A model generated the notes under the pieces. It searched no databases. It was not told the DNA's origin and saw only the letters and a program-made list of their open reading frames with translations. Made by a program: the position numbers and the translations under genes. 64,000 nt of DNA, taken from Podarcis pityusensis (taxonomy: Eukaryota). Below, piece by piece: positions 52,181-64,000 of this stretch (its first letter is position 1; each line of letters begins with the position of its first letter). Location of the stretch: assembly GCA_964106645.2 (NCBI GenBank), contig OZ067048.1. One strand, given 5' to 3'.

Positions 52181-55100
52181 GAAATGCTGGAGATTGAACG
52201 TGGGACATAGTATATACAAATGTACCCTGACTGAACTATGAGTCATCCCCAAGTTTATACCAAGTTGAGAAGTGCTTCTGGAAAAGACCTATCACTTATG
52301 GCTCTTCTGCACACATATCACATATCTAATGTTTTAAGAAATAGTAAAAATTACTTGACTTTTGACCACCACCATAAGTCTGTATCATTTTGAATTCCTC
52401 CTTAAATTTTCTACATGAATGTAAATGGTATCTCTCTGGAAATAAAACAATAAATGCAGATAGAAAGAAAAGTGATTTGATATGCTGGAGTAAGCTTGCT
52501 ATATTTTGTCACAACATGCATTACCCTAGTTCCACATTTTTACCTTTGTACTTTGCTGCATGGAACAGAGCAACATAATTAGCCACTGGTAGGTAGTGTT
52601 TATGTTAGTTCTCAAAAGGTTAAGAAGCTGCTTATAACTAAAATCAGCTTTGCCTAGAGCTTTGGTGGCTCTGTGTAATCAAATTAGACAGGGAGGGCAC
52701 AGTGTCACCTAACACAAACCAGTGGCACTTTCTTCTCTACTTTGACCTTTATCATTGGAAGTCAGAGCTTATCTTATTGCAAATATTTTTTTAAGATTAG
52801 TTTAATAAACTATTTTCAAGATAGGAGTGGGATCTAAAATATTTTCATAAATAATGCAGCATGAATGACCCAAGACAACTGGAAAGGTTTCATTTTTACA
52901 CAAAAGCAGCTTGTCATTCGAACTCTAACAAAAAACTGTGGCATTTGATCCTAAATATTTTAACTGGCGTATTCACCTGCCAGCCTGGAAGAGTGTTCCT
53001 GTGTACTGCCGATGCATCTTGAGTATATTTGCCAATATGCCCTATCTCAGGGATTAGGAATCTGTGGCCTCCATCATGGCCAATGGATGATTAGAGTTGT
53101 AGCCCATCATCAGCCGGAGTACCACAGGTTCCCCAGCCCTGATGTATTCCCTCACTTTTTAAAAAAAGAAGCCACAGGAATGGACCTTAAAACAGCAATG
53201 ATGCTTTTGTATAGTGTAAGTGTAAAATCATGGCTTCTTCACTATCCAATAGCTAACCAAGATAATCCATTAGCATTTCTAAGAAAATGCAGCTAACCCA
53301 CTTGCGATAGTTAGGTCTCAGCCTCTAAAATGGGGCTATGTTCTTTGAAGTCAAATAAAATGAATGGTAAAAATGGATACATTTAAGGATGCTTAATAAT
53401 GTACTGAGGAGAGCTCCATATCAGAAGAACATTGCCCATGGTGCTATATCCAAACTACTTTTTAAGGTAGTCATTGTTTCCTTAATCTTTGAACATCAAG
53501 TATGCATAAATATATTTTTTAAAGATTAAATAAAATAACATTTATATTATGCAGAAATCCCAGAACAAATATTGGCAGCTTCCACTTTTTTCATTTTTAT
53601 ATATTCAGTTTTAACTTCAGCATATATATGGCTAAAGCCTGCACAGAAGTAACAGAAAACCAATAAACACAAACATGATGCAAACACAGCAAACACAAAT
53701 AATACAAGCACTTCATTGCTATATTTATTAGAAATAAAGAAAATACTGTCCATTTAACTCATAAGGAAATTATGCAGCCTGATGATTGCTACTAATATAG
53801 TAATACTAAGAAAATTTGCATATGGTTAACCTGTTCTGCCAGAGCTACAGATCATATTTCTGTGAAAGACAATTTAAAAATATTCAAAGTTTGACAAAAC
53901 ATCAGAAAACATTATTTTCCTCTGTTTTTTTGATGAGCCTTGAATGATTCTGCTGATTGTAGTATGTACAATTTGATGTAGGAAGATAGTTTATATTAAG
54001 AAAAAACTCAACAATGAAAGGCAATAAATTCAAAAATGATATGCCATGTGATTGTATAACAACAAATTATTTAAAACACATTGACAGTGTGATTGTATAA
54101 TAAGCTAGCCTGGAAGCATTTTTCTTTATTTTTTTAAAAGAAGCAAGCAGGCTCTTTAGACAGAATATACATGTGGCATACAAATTTTAGATCTACCAGT
54201 AAGTTCCTGGGCATTCTCCCCCTTACACATGAATTGTTAAGAGACAATCTTTTTCAACTGAACGTATTATATTCATTCATCTACTCCTATTATAGATCAT
54301 TCATCTGAAACAGTTAGTTAACAGCCAGCAAGTTTCTGTACTTTAGATCTTCATTTATTGCTTCAGACCTCCATTATGTGTGTCAGAAGATTAGGATGTA
54401 AAACCCTCCGAATGAGGTAGGAGTGGTCATGACCAATAGGTCAGCGCAGAACTGGGCCACTTCTGCCTTCTAAACTCAGCGATGTGGAACTAAGTGTGGC
54501 CAAACAACTAGCTGGTTGGACTCTGGCCAAGAGCCTCAAAATTGCTGACTGTTGCCACATTCTTTCAATTTTAATAAAAGGACTGGCTTAAACATTTGCT
54601 AGAGTGCCAGCTGCATTTGCAAAGTAAAAAAGGGAGTACAAGTGAAGCAAAGACATTCCCCTTAACATATGATCACTTATTTCGCTAGTAATTTCTCTTC
54701 ATTGCAATGAATGGCTGTAAATGGATTAATGGCACAGCTCCAGAGAGCATGTCACAGATCTCTGCTGAACATATAAACTGTTCTATAAAACACGCTCAAA
54801 GAATCTCACTTCTTCCTAACTTTTTATTAATATATAATTTACAAGACAAATTTTATTTCGAGATTAATGTACCACTTCAACAAGACTAGGCAGAAACAGT
54901 CCCAATCAGAAAATAATAATGTAACACTTTTAAATGCTGAATAATATTAACACCACAGTAAATTACTATTTCAGTACATTTTAACTGTCTCATTACTGTA
55001 AAGGGGATAAAACCTGCTCCTACACTATTGCACACAAAGTAGTGTGTTAATACAAGAAATATAAAATATTAAGACCAAAAACCTGAATAAATTAGTCAGT

Positions 55101-58100
55101 GTAGTTAAACAACAAATTTTAATTTTAGATTAATAAGCCAGCCTGCTCATAGGCAAAACTCTGGCACCTTTGAAAGGCCTGCTCTTATGCAGGTCACACA
55201 GATGTCAACGTCATCCGCCCTGTGCTAAATCTGATGAAAAATAAATTAAAGCTGGTTTTTCCTTCTTGCTTATATCTAAAACCAGCAGACAGCATTTCTT
55301 CAGGTTTCTCAAAAGATCCCCTTCATTAAGGTATGAAGTATGTAAATTATTTAACTTTAATTTATAGCTCAATTAAATTGCGTAAATCAGACGATTAGTT
55401 GAGCTCTATTCAATATACATAAGGTTCTTCTCCTCAATTTTTCCAGCTAATAAAGAAAAAATACAGCAACAACTGATTATCTGTGACCAACTGCACTACA
55501 AGACTGGTACAGAGGTGCATATTTCTACATTTTTGTGAAAAGGTACTGTGAAAAGTTAGCAGAAATCATTCTATGGAACAATTTTTCAAATGTTCTGTTT
55601 CTAAAGAATGCTTAGATAAGAACAATACTGAAGCGCAGCAATGTTTGATCCTTTTATTAAATTACCAACAGTTTTAACCACCTTCCTCAAGAATTACTGT
55701 GAAGGACTTTGTGGTAAGTACAAGTTCTCCAGTAATTTCTTTAATAAAGACAGTATCTATCAGAAGCAAATTGATCATGTCATTTGAGGGCTAACTTGCA
55801 GTGGAATGCTGTCCTGAGACTTATCACAAGAAACTTCATTAGAGCAGACAGATGAAACTGCAAATGTGTAGGCCACAATAATTTGACCTCATTTTTAATG
55901 TTTAAAAAAATATTTCTGCTGTTGCTTGCATGCCTTATTTTGAGGCTATGATACTGCTTTGAAATATTTAATTCAGAATGTATCTGTATTCCACCCCCCC
56001 TAAACAGAGGATAGCAAGTAGATGGGTATAACTTAGTGAAGCTACTAAGATGAGTCGTTGGCAGGGTGAAGTGGTAGATTTTAGTAATAGCTGGAAGCTG
56101 TAAGTGGTTCTGAGCTTTGAAGTCAGTACAGCTTTGATGTAGTACTCCCCTAGTTAATCACAAGATAGTCTTGAAAGAAAAGATTTTTCCAAATTCTATT
56201 CTTAGTGTCACTGCCTGAAAAATCCTTATATGATTTTTTTTCCAGTAGAGATCTTCAAATCTGGTCTCAGACTGCTTTCTGTTCTTTCGTTCTCATACTC
56301 TTTTAAACAGCCTTTAAAATTTAAACTGTAATTAAAAGCAAGTCTTGGTTTGGCTGGTTGTGTATTAACTTTGCAAATCCTTCAGGCAATAGGCCATTGG
56401 TGTTCAAACACATCCAGAAAGTCCATTGCTATGCATACAGACTTAAAAAGGTGGTAGGCGGTCCCTAGTCTCAAGAAAAATCGTAAGGAGAAATGTCATA
56501 TAAAGAGAAACAATAAGTAACCAATTTCTCAGCTTTTCACTTGGATTAAACTTTCATTTAAGGCAAACTATTACAGAAAAACTCACAGAAATATGTGAAA
56601 CTGACAAAAGCTGCGAAAGACTTGAAAAAAACCAAATATTTGTAAATAGCAGACATCTAAAAGCAACAACATTTTTTATTGCAGATAAACAGTAAAGCAT
56701 CAGCATTAGGTTGCTAAGTGTATCAGAAATGCCTATGACACAAAACAGTTTCAATATCCTTAATAATATACTGCTGTTTCTACTATATTTTATTTTAAAT
56801 GTCATATACAAACCAAACCGCACAGTGTAGCAAAGTACTGTTATTGTTGTCCAATATTGGCAGAACAAAAATGTTAAAGTGGTTAAGCCATAATCTTTTA
56901 TCTGCAGTGAAGGGCTGATAATCTGTGCACATTTGTACATGAACTCTAAAATGAAGCTGCCATTCACAAAGTCCTCTGCTCATCTAAACAGACGGGAATA
57001 AAGAACATGGCATGTGACCAGTAAATTATGAGAGAGCAACACCTCAAGGTTAGAGGTCACTGAAGATTTCAACAAATCTCACCAGATATGGCAACAGATT
57101 AAGAAAGGAGACAGATTGCCCTCCAACCTTAACCTGTTAAGACCTTTGAAGTCTTATGGTGACCTCTATTCTGCTCTTTCATATTAGTTGTTAGTTACAC
57201 TAATTACAGCCTAATAGTATCCTGGTGCCAGACATTTTTTCTAAAGCCATCTAGTGAAAAATATTAGAAAAGTGGTGACTGTTCCAGCCAAATTGCAACG
57301 TGCACGTCACAAGCACTTACCCCTAATTTACAGCACAGACCTTGCAAACTTCTAGCAACAACAATGGGAAAGACATCAAAGTTTTGTGTAACTTACTGCA
57401 GGAAATCCATAAACCAGAACAAATTAATCTTCATGTAAAAACTCTGATTTTTAATTTTTTTGGCAAATTTGGCAGGTAATTTCTCTTTTGAGCACAAGAT
57501 CATTTGCAATTTAATCAACTAAGGAACTCTCCCTTTATTTAGAAGAATCAGATACTTCTAACATTTTAATCTACTTTGAGAATATGAAGCTTTTTGTTTA
57601 TCTATCATATTAACACATCAGATCCACTATAGTGTAAAAAAAACCCTGCCCTCCACTCCTGGACTCCCCCCAAAACCTCTCCTGAGGGTTATGGAAATGA
57701 GTGTGGGGTAGATGGTTGGAATGTCTGGGAAGACCACAAAACAGGAGGAGGCAGCTGGCTTGAGTGGCAGTACCAATTTCACTGCAGTCCCCACCCCAGA
57801 ACCCAGGCCTTTTCTGAAGACTCCCTGTTCCCCAGAAGAGGCTTTTCAGGGCGTGCAATGAGAAGGGGGATAATTATTCTATGTGAGTGCCCTTGCATGA
57901 ATGCAATACTGCTCAATGAAATTAGTCACAATGCTAAATAACCCCAAGTTGGGGGCTAAAGTCAAAGATAAAGTCATTCAGCTCAGCTCAGTAGGCAGGT
58001 TGTTTTTAAAAGAGAAAATTAACTTTCTCATTTTGTGTGGCGATCAACTGCATCATGTTGAATGCATTCCTAGATATGTGCACTCTTCTCCCTGTGTAGC

Positions 58101-58449
58101 TATGTAGGACTGTGGCTGCTTACTTCAACTGAGCTTCAGCTGCCTGAGTTCTGTTTGTTAAAAGGAAAGTCAGTCGTTCCACTCTAAACTGCTAGCTTTG
58201 AATACAAATGAAAAGAAAAACCATTAAATATTTCTTAATCAAATTTGGCAGTGGAAGGGGCAAGTTAGTGCATCTGAGCAGTCTGCTCAGTTGACTTGAG
58301 CCCCAGTGCCTTTGCTTGTTGAAAGCGGCAGTAATATATTAGGGGTATTAATTTGCCATAAAATCTTTGGCTGATTAACCACACTGAGTAATCATTTAAC
58401 ACTTGCAAAGTTATCAGCAAGTAAACAAAGAGTTGGGGGGATTGTTCCT

Positions 58450-58920
58450 GACAATCAAATATAATCATATTCATCAGACCACAAACAAGTTGCCAAATTT
58501 TGAAACACCTTGCAAAACTCAGAGTTGGTGTGTTAGTTTTTCCATAAATGCCAGGTACTAGACTTTTGGATACCAGTATCTGTCCATGGGCTGCTTTATA
58601 ACCTTTTGTATTTCATCAAAAATTAAATCCCAGACTACACAAGCCAGAGGGCAGGACCACCACATACAGTAATAAGTACCTTGCTCAGCATATCCTCACC
58701 AGCTGGACAATCGCACTGGGCTTATATACCACCCATAGGCAAGTTTCAACATTGAATCTCTTATTTGGTTTGAAGCATTATTAACAGTTACTAAGGGTTT
58801 GTTCTGGAGTGCTATCCAGTCATGATCTTCTATTTCATCCCTCCAATCTCCTCCTGATACATTTTTGAATCTCAGTAAGTCTCCCCAGCCCATATCAATT
58901 AAGGCTGTGTGTAATTTAAA
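58450..58920 (-). mobile_element. L1/Tx1-type LINE ORF2 C-terminal fragment
   Basis: The minus strand gives IRDSMLKLAYGWYISPVRL and then (frameshifted) GTYYCMWWSCPLACVVW, the Cys-rich L1 ORF2 tail motif. Boundaries approximate. Confidence 0.6.
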
Positions 58921-58922
58921 TA

Positions 58923-59139
58923 CAGTGGTACCTCAGGTTAAGAACTTAATTCGTTCCGGAGGTCCGTTCTTAACCTGAAGCACCACTTTAGCTAATGGGG
59001 CCTCCTGCTGCCGCTGGAGCACGATTTCTGTTCTCATCCTGAAGCAAAGTGCTTAACCTGAAGCACTATTTCTGGGTTAGCGGAGTCTGTAACCTGAAGC
59101 GTATGTAACCTGAAGCGTATGTAACCCGAGGTACCACTG
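58923..59139. mobile_element. Tigger/pogo-like MITE, same family as 43514-43751, opposite orientation
   Basis: TIR CAGTGGTACCTC...GAGGTACCACTG with TA TSD; the internal sequence is the reverse complement of the 43514 copy. Confidence 0.92.
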
Positions 59140-59667
59140 TACTAACCATTCAGTCCTGTCTTGTGCTGCCATTAAAATAGATCCAAATGCAGTGAGAGAT
59201 TTTGTGGCTTGTTCTTTAGTACAAGGGGAGAATTCTTGTGTTATCTAATAAGCAAATGATAGCCATTTTAATCTATGATGTACCATATTTTACTCATGGC
59301 TCACTTTTTCTGGAACTTATTTGTGTCTATCTGATTACAGACTTACATAATTAAAACAAAGAGATAAGGCAACTTGTGACGTTACCTCTAATTTTGCATG
59401 ACAACATAACTTCTTGTATGTGGCTCTGTGGTGCAGAATTAAATTGGAGCAAATAAGTTTACAGGTTGTTCTGATCAAAATGTTTGCAAGTAAATATTAA
59501 TGAGATAAAACTGATAATTTAATTTTGATAGCTTTAGAGTATCATTTTTCATCATTTTATATTAGTTATCAAGTTAATTTACTATTGGATTTCTTGGTTG
59601 TCATAAGACAAAGAAATCAAATGATTACTAATGTTTCTAAAGGTATCACATGATGCTCTTCACTGCA

Positions 59668-59698
<31 letters not shown>
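59668..59698. repeat. (TATC)n microsatellite
   Basis: Direct reading. Confidence 0.95.
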
Positions 59699-60209
59699 AA
59701 AAATAAATAAAAGACCCTTCCTGGTTTTTCATAAAAAGTCAAATTCCTCCCACTATTCTAGTTCATCTAAAATGTGGCTATTTTTTTGCTCTTATTCAGC
59801 AGACTTCTATATATATGTATAATAAAGCTATATTTTCTTCTTGAATCTTTCTAGTGGATTTTTTTTTTACATCTCACAATAGTTTTTGAATTTTGCATAT
59901 CTTCAGATTAACTTCAATTCACAATTCAAAATCTGTATTCTTGATTTCTTTATCAAAAATATAATGGGTTGGGATCAATGTTGCTTTTATTTAAACTGGA
60001 GGTCAGTTAAGATCCTCTGCTAAGGCCCTTCGCTGAGTGTTCCCGACTTTAGACCAGGATGCTCCAACATGCAGCTCATGGGCCACATTTGGCCTGCTAG
60101 ACTTTTTTGGTGGCTCTGGCAGGGTGGAGAACAGGAAGTGGCTCCTGGGGTAGAGGCGGTAGTGGCTTTGGGAAGGAGGCATGAAAGCGCTGCCCCCTTC
60201 ACAAAGCCC

Positions 60210-60367
60210 AGGCGACCTTGGGCTAGTCACATTTCTTTGAAGTCTCTCAGCCCCACTCACCTCACAGAGTGTTTGTTGTGGGGAAGGAAGGGAAAGGAGA
60301 ATGTTAGCCGCTTTGAGACTCCTTCGGGTACTGATAAAGCGGGATATCAAATCTAAACTCATCTTCT
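60210..60367 (+). mobile_element. 5'-truncated CORE-type SINE (Squam3-like), second copy
   Basis: Near-identical to 19136-19290; short ctt tail. Confidence 0.85.
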
Positions 60368-60556
60368 AGTTAGCACTTTCCCAGCTTTGAAAAGGAGGTG
60401 GAAGGGCTCTAGGACCCTGTCAGAGCCCTTAAACCTCCTTCCCAAAGCCAGGCAGACAGTGCCCCCTTGGCTCAGTGCCCAGTGCAGGGAAATGGGTTGT
60501 GCTGCCCAAATATGGTGCTGCCCCCCCATCCAGTGCCAGGAAAAAGGGAGCAAAGA

Positions 60557-60680
60557 CAGGGCTTTTTCCCCATAGGAACTCACAGGGACTCAGCTCCGGC
60601 ACCTGGGCACCATTGCCATTATTAGAGAACAATGGAGGTGTTCATGGTGAGCTTTGGCACCTCTTTTTCTAGAAAAACAG
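60557..60680. mobile_element. Small hAT-like MITE
   Basis: CAGGGCTTTTTC...CTAGAAAAACAG termini similar to the 28672 element; no clean TSD. Confidence 0.45.
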
Positions 60681-61779
60681 TATATGCATGCATGTTCAAA
60701 ATATGGATAAGCATAATGCAGTATCAATGGACAGTGAAAAGAACTCTGCAGTCATCATGCATATAGTTTCCCTCGGCTAAGTTCACCTTTCACAAGATGC
60801 ACATCACAGACTCAGAACACATTTTCTAAATCAGGAAAAGTGCCAGATCACATATCCACAAAGGCATACACAGAGCATTAAATGAAATTAATGTAGCAAT
60901 TTAAACCTCTTAGAGCTGTTGTTTTAAGCTGCCTGTAGATTTGGGTATGCACCACTGCATAGGTTTACAATAGTTCACATTTCTAAGATAATCTTTTGCA
61001 ACTGATAGTTGCTCCTTCATTATTTTTTTAAATGGTATTTAAGTTGAACCAGTTATTTAAAGGTGGAGACTTCAATTACTAGAGGAAACTACATAGCCAG
61101 TGTTGTACAAAAAATAATAATCAAAAAATCATATCGACTCATTTCAATTAAATTGCTTTTGACTTCTACTCATGTTCCTCATATCTGTAGTTACATTTAA
61201 CAAATGAAAATAAAAAATAAAGTAAAATTCCAAGGTTCTCCATAAGCTAGAACACACTTTGTGTTTCAGAAAAAAAATAGATCATAACAATTACAATTTT
61301 CCAAGTGGCAAGACAGCATTTTCTCCTTAGATATATCTTGCTTTTCTTCCTGAACAAATTAAAGAGAAACCAGGGTGACCTTGAATGTAACCCGATACAA
61401 ATATATTTGGATCTTAATAACTTGTATTACTTTTTACTAATAAAAAGGTCACATCCACAAAATAAAACAAACACATTTAAACTTTCAATGTAACTTTTAA
61501 ATCAAAAGATCAATTGGTAGCTATCTGGAGTTCTTCATCCTATAGAAACTGCTTCTTTCCTCAGGTTCATCATTTGTCCCTAGCCACTGAAACTGACATG
61601 TATTTGAAAGCATTTTTCCATACATGAATCTGCTGTTATGGGGGTACAACAGGCTGCAGTGCAACAAATATACTGTGCCAACCTGTTTCGGTTCAGCTCT
61701 CAAGAGTGTGTTTGTATGTGCCTGTAAAAGGAGGAGAGGGAACAGTTCTGGGGGGGGGGGGGACGGGAGGCGGCAAAGC

Positions 61780-62120
61780 TTAAGTTCTTTTATTTAGTGT
61801 ATGCTTGGGGTTTTTCTGTCAGCGTCACTTGGGGAAGTTCTCTATTTGCTTGTTATGTTTCCTTGGTGGTGAGAGAAGTTGTGGTGGCCTAGGGTGTGGT
61901 TGATCGTCTCTGGCTGGCTGCAGTGGGATTTGTTTGTGTGTGGGTGAGGGGGGTTGTCGGGTTAAGTTAGCCATATTGAATCATATGCCGTTGGTGGGTT
62001 ATGAGCTCTTTATAGTATGAGTGGGGATTGTTATCTTGGAAGATGTTCAGTAGGGCCAGTTCTGGGGTGACTTCTAGTACCTGTTTAGTTATTTGGCTTA
62101 TTTCTGGTATGACTGTGCAC
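61780..62120 (-). mobile_element. L1 LINE 3' end with apparent internal deletion
   Basis: The minus strand encodes EISQITKQVLEVTPELALLNIFQDNN...KELITH (L1 ORF2 C-terminus-like), followed by a C/A-rich UTR and AATAAA near 61788-61793. Confidence 0.6.
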
Positions 62121-62578
62121 ACTCCTTTTCTGACTGGGTCCTCGATTACTTGGTTTGGTGGGATCTGCTGTTTCAGACACAGCATATGTCTTAGAAGGCC
62201 CCATGTGGGATCATGGGAAGGAGGTGCAAGGAAAAAACTGTTGTGACAACAGTTTCTTGGGCAACTTGGAAGGGCTGTGGTGAGATCCAGAAATGGCAAC
62301 CTGGAGCCCCACTGACCACTTAACTGCTCTCTTCTCCATCAGCTTGGGAGCTTTTTCCTGAGACGCTTGCAGGGTATAATAGCATCCTTTGTCGTTTGAG
62401 CATCTTTATCAAGATGTTAACAGATCTGCCTACCTTGATCAGTTGTGCTTCAAGGGAAGTGCACCAGTCCTCTGATTCTTTAATATTTCCCAGCCCAGAT
62501 AGATGTTAACCAAAGGATCTCACAATAGTCATCTCCTTGCAGGAGTAAGGAAGCATAGGAGAATCAGATGCACCACAA

Positions 62579-62819
62579 CAGGGGTCGGCAACCTGCAGCC
62601 CATGGGCCACAAGCAGCCCATTTAACTGCCCACGAGCTGCCCCCAAACCGAGCCACCCACTCGGTGAGTTCCCACGCACTGCGCTAAACTGGCGCAGCCC
62701 GGAGCGGGGACTCGTTTCTGCGGCACTGGAAATCGTGTCTGCGCAGACGCGATCCACCCCACGGATCAATCTCCGCGGGAGTGAACCGGCACAGGTGAGG
62801 TAAACCTTGCCGACCCCTG
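62579..62819. mobile_element. Young hAT MITE
   Basis: Perfect 13-bp TIR CAGGGGTCGGCAA...TTGCCGACCCCTG; perfect 8-bp TSD CACCACAA (62571-62578 and 62820-62827); CpG-rich. Confidence 0.95.
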
Positions 62820-62829
62820 CACCACAAGA

Positions 62830-62965
62830 GCATCTTGGATGGGATGGTTTTCAAAGAGGGCTAGACAATTGCATGGAGGAGAGGCCTATCAAAGGCAACT
62901 AGCTGTGATGGCTATGCTCAGCCTCACGTTGGAGGGAGCAATGCTTCTGAAAAGCACTTGCTGGA
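62830..62965 (+). mobile_element. CR1 3' fragment
   Basis: gatggttttcaaagagggctagacaattgcatggaggagaggcctatc, same family motif as the 22900 region. Confidence 0.65.
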
Positions 62966-63375
62966 AGCCACAGACTCCCCAAACATGTTTCACAAGGACC
63001 CCTTCCTTCCCTCTGCCCCAGTACCTGAGGGTCATCATGTCTCTCCAGGGATTTGGCTAGAAGAAAGTATATGTTGGGGAAAGGCTCCCCCCCTGCAAAG
63101 AAAATGGAGGAATCAGCAGGCGCCTGGCTTCCAGCCATGCTAGCACCAGTGTGGCGCATGAGGGTGGGGGACATGGGAAGGAAGCATTCCTATAGTACAG
63201 GACACTCAATTGGCATTTCCACCTACCTGAACTCTGAGGCTTTCCCCCCTTGTTCTGGCCTGGCTCTCTCCTAAGGAAGATGCAAGCTCTTGCTGGAAGC
63301 CACTGGGGGAGAGAGTGTTCCTATGATTCCCAAATGTTTCAAAAGCATCTTTTTATTCCTTTAGTTGCTTGATAT

Positions 63376-63440
63376 AATCATAGTATGGCAGGGTTGGAAG
63401 GGATCCCAAGGGTCATCTAGTCCAACCCCCGGCAATGCAA
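63376..63440 (-). mobile_element. CR1 3' terminus (minus strand)
   Basis: atcatag...gttggaagggatccc...ggtcatctagtccaacccc is the reverse complement of the CR1 end at 63720-63776. Confidence 0.7.
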
Positions 63441-63565
63441 ACTCCAGCCTTCTGGTTACCATTGCAATTCTGCATGGTGTGGAGAAAGGGGAGAGAGAAA
63501 TGTGTTGCTTACACTCTCATAACACTGATATGAGCCCACCATGCAGCCCTTTCAATAACTAAAGT

Positions 63566-63776
63566 CTAAAGGGCTGTCACATGGAGGATGGAGCAAGCTT
63601 GTTTTCTCCTGCTCCAGAGGCCCTTAGGGCCTGAAGCAGTGACTCTCCTTCCTTTGGGTTTTTTAAGCAGCGCTTGGATGGCCATTGGCCATGGGTCATC
63701 TAGTTGAGATTCCTTCATTGCAGGGGGTTGATGATCCTCGGGGTACCTTCCAACTCTACAATTCTATGATGCTATG
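63566..63776 (+). mobile_element. CR1 3' end with internal deletion
   Basis: aagggctgtcacatggaggatggagcaagcttgttttct...ccttccaactctacaATTCTATGatgctatg, including the CR1 terminal octamer. Confidence 0.8.
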
Positions 63777-64000
63777 TTTTAAAGAGCATCCAATGCGTAT
63801 TTAAAGCACGACTTCCCCCGAAATGATTTGTGCCATTGTGGCTTCCCTCTCACAGACCTACAATCCCCAGAAACCCTAACAAATTACAATTCCCAGGATC
63901 ATTTGAGGGAAGACACCTGGTTTTTAGAACAGGGATAGAGAACCTGCAGTTTGCTTAACCCCATTTCCTAGGAACCGGGAATGGGAAGCTCAAGTGCTTC

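Larger units (their letters stand above)
3141..64000 (-). other. FAM172A: Large last intron of FAM172A (continues beyond the window)
   Basis: No upstream exon encoding the expected NCCNWVSSSEPLD...PRVSA segment was found by eye, though four N gaps are unread. The mammalian orthologue has a very long last intron. Confidence 0.7.

Noticed and set aside
56102-56116. Minus-strand SSEPL match to the expected penultimate FAM172A exon
   Set aside because: In-frame TGA three codons upstream, no NCCNW or PRVSA context, and no fitting splice sites; a chance match.

Overview
Vertebrate genomic DNA from a gapped assembly (four N runs). The repeat content (MIR/CORE-type SINE with a (CTT)n tail, CR1, L2 and L1 LINEs, Tc1, hAT and Tigger-like MITEs) points to a squamate, probably a lacertid lizard. 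The only host coding sequence I can support is the terminal coding exon of FAM172A/ARB2A on the minus strand (3140->2998, ...GTERHELTSWKSYASIFRFF...RRSQRIRYEEL*), which the ORF track does not call in its true frame. It sits in a CpG island and is followed by a ~2.8 kb 3'UTR (candidate AATAAA at 240-245). Everything from 3141 to 64000 appears to be the very large last intron, which in mammals lies in the NR2F1 regulatory neighbourhood. That intron holds a full-length but dead Tc1 transposon interrupted by a SINE, a solo LTR with an acidic open reading frame, several MITEs with clear TIRs/TSDs, LINE fragments, microsatellites and TE-poor blocks that may be conserved enhancers. I see no convincing evidence of a new multi-gene system. 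The best leads are a repeated MEIS/homeodomain-motif block at the position of human MIR2277, the LTR-internal ORF, and the fish-like Tc1 element. Family and orthology assignments are from recall, not database searches.
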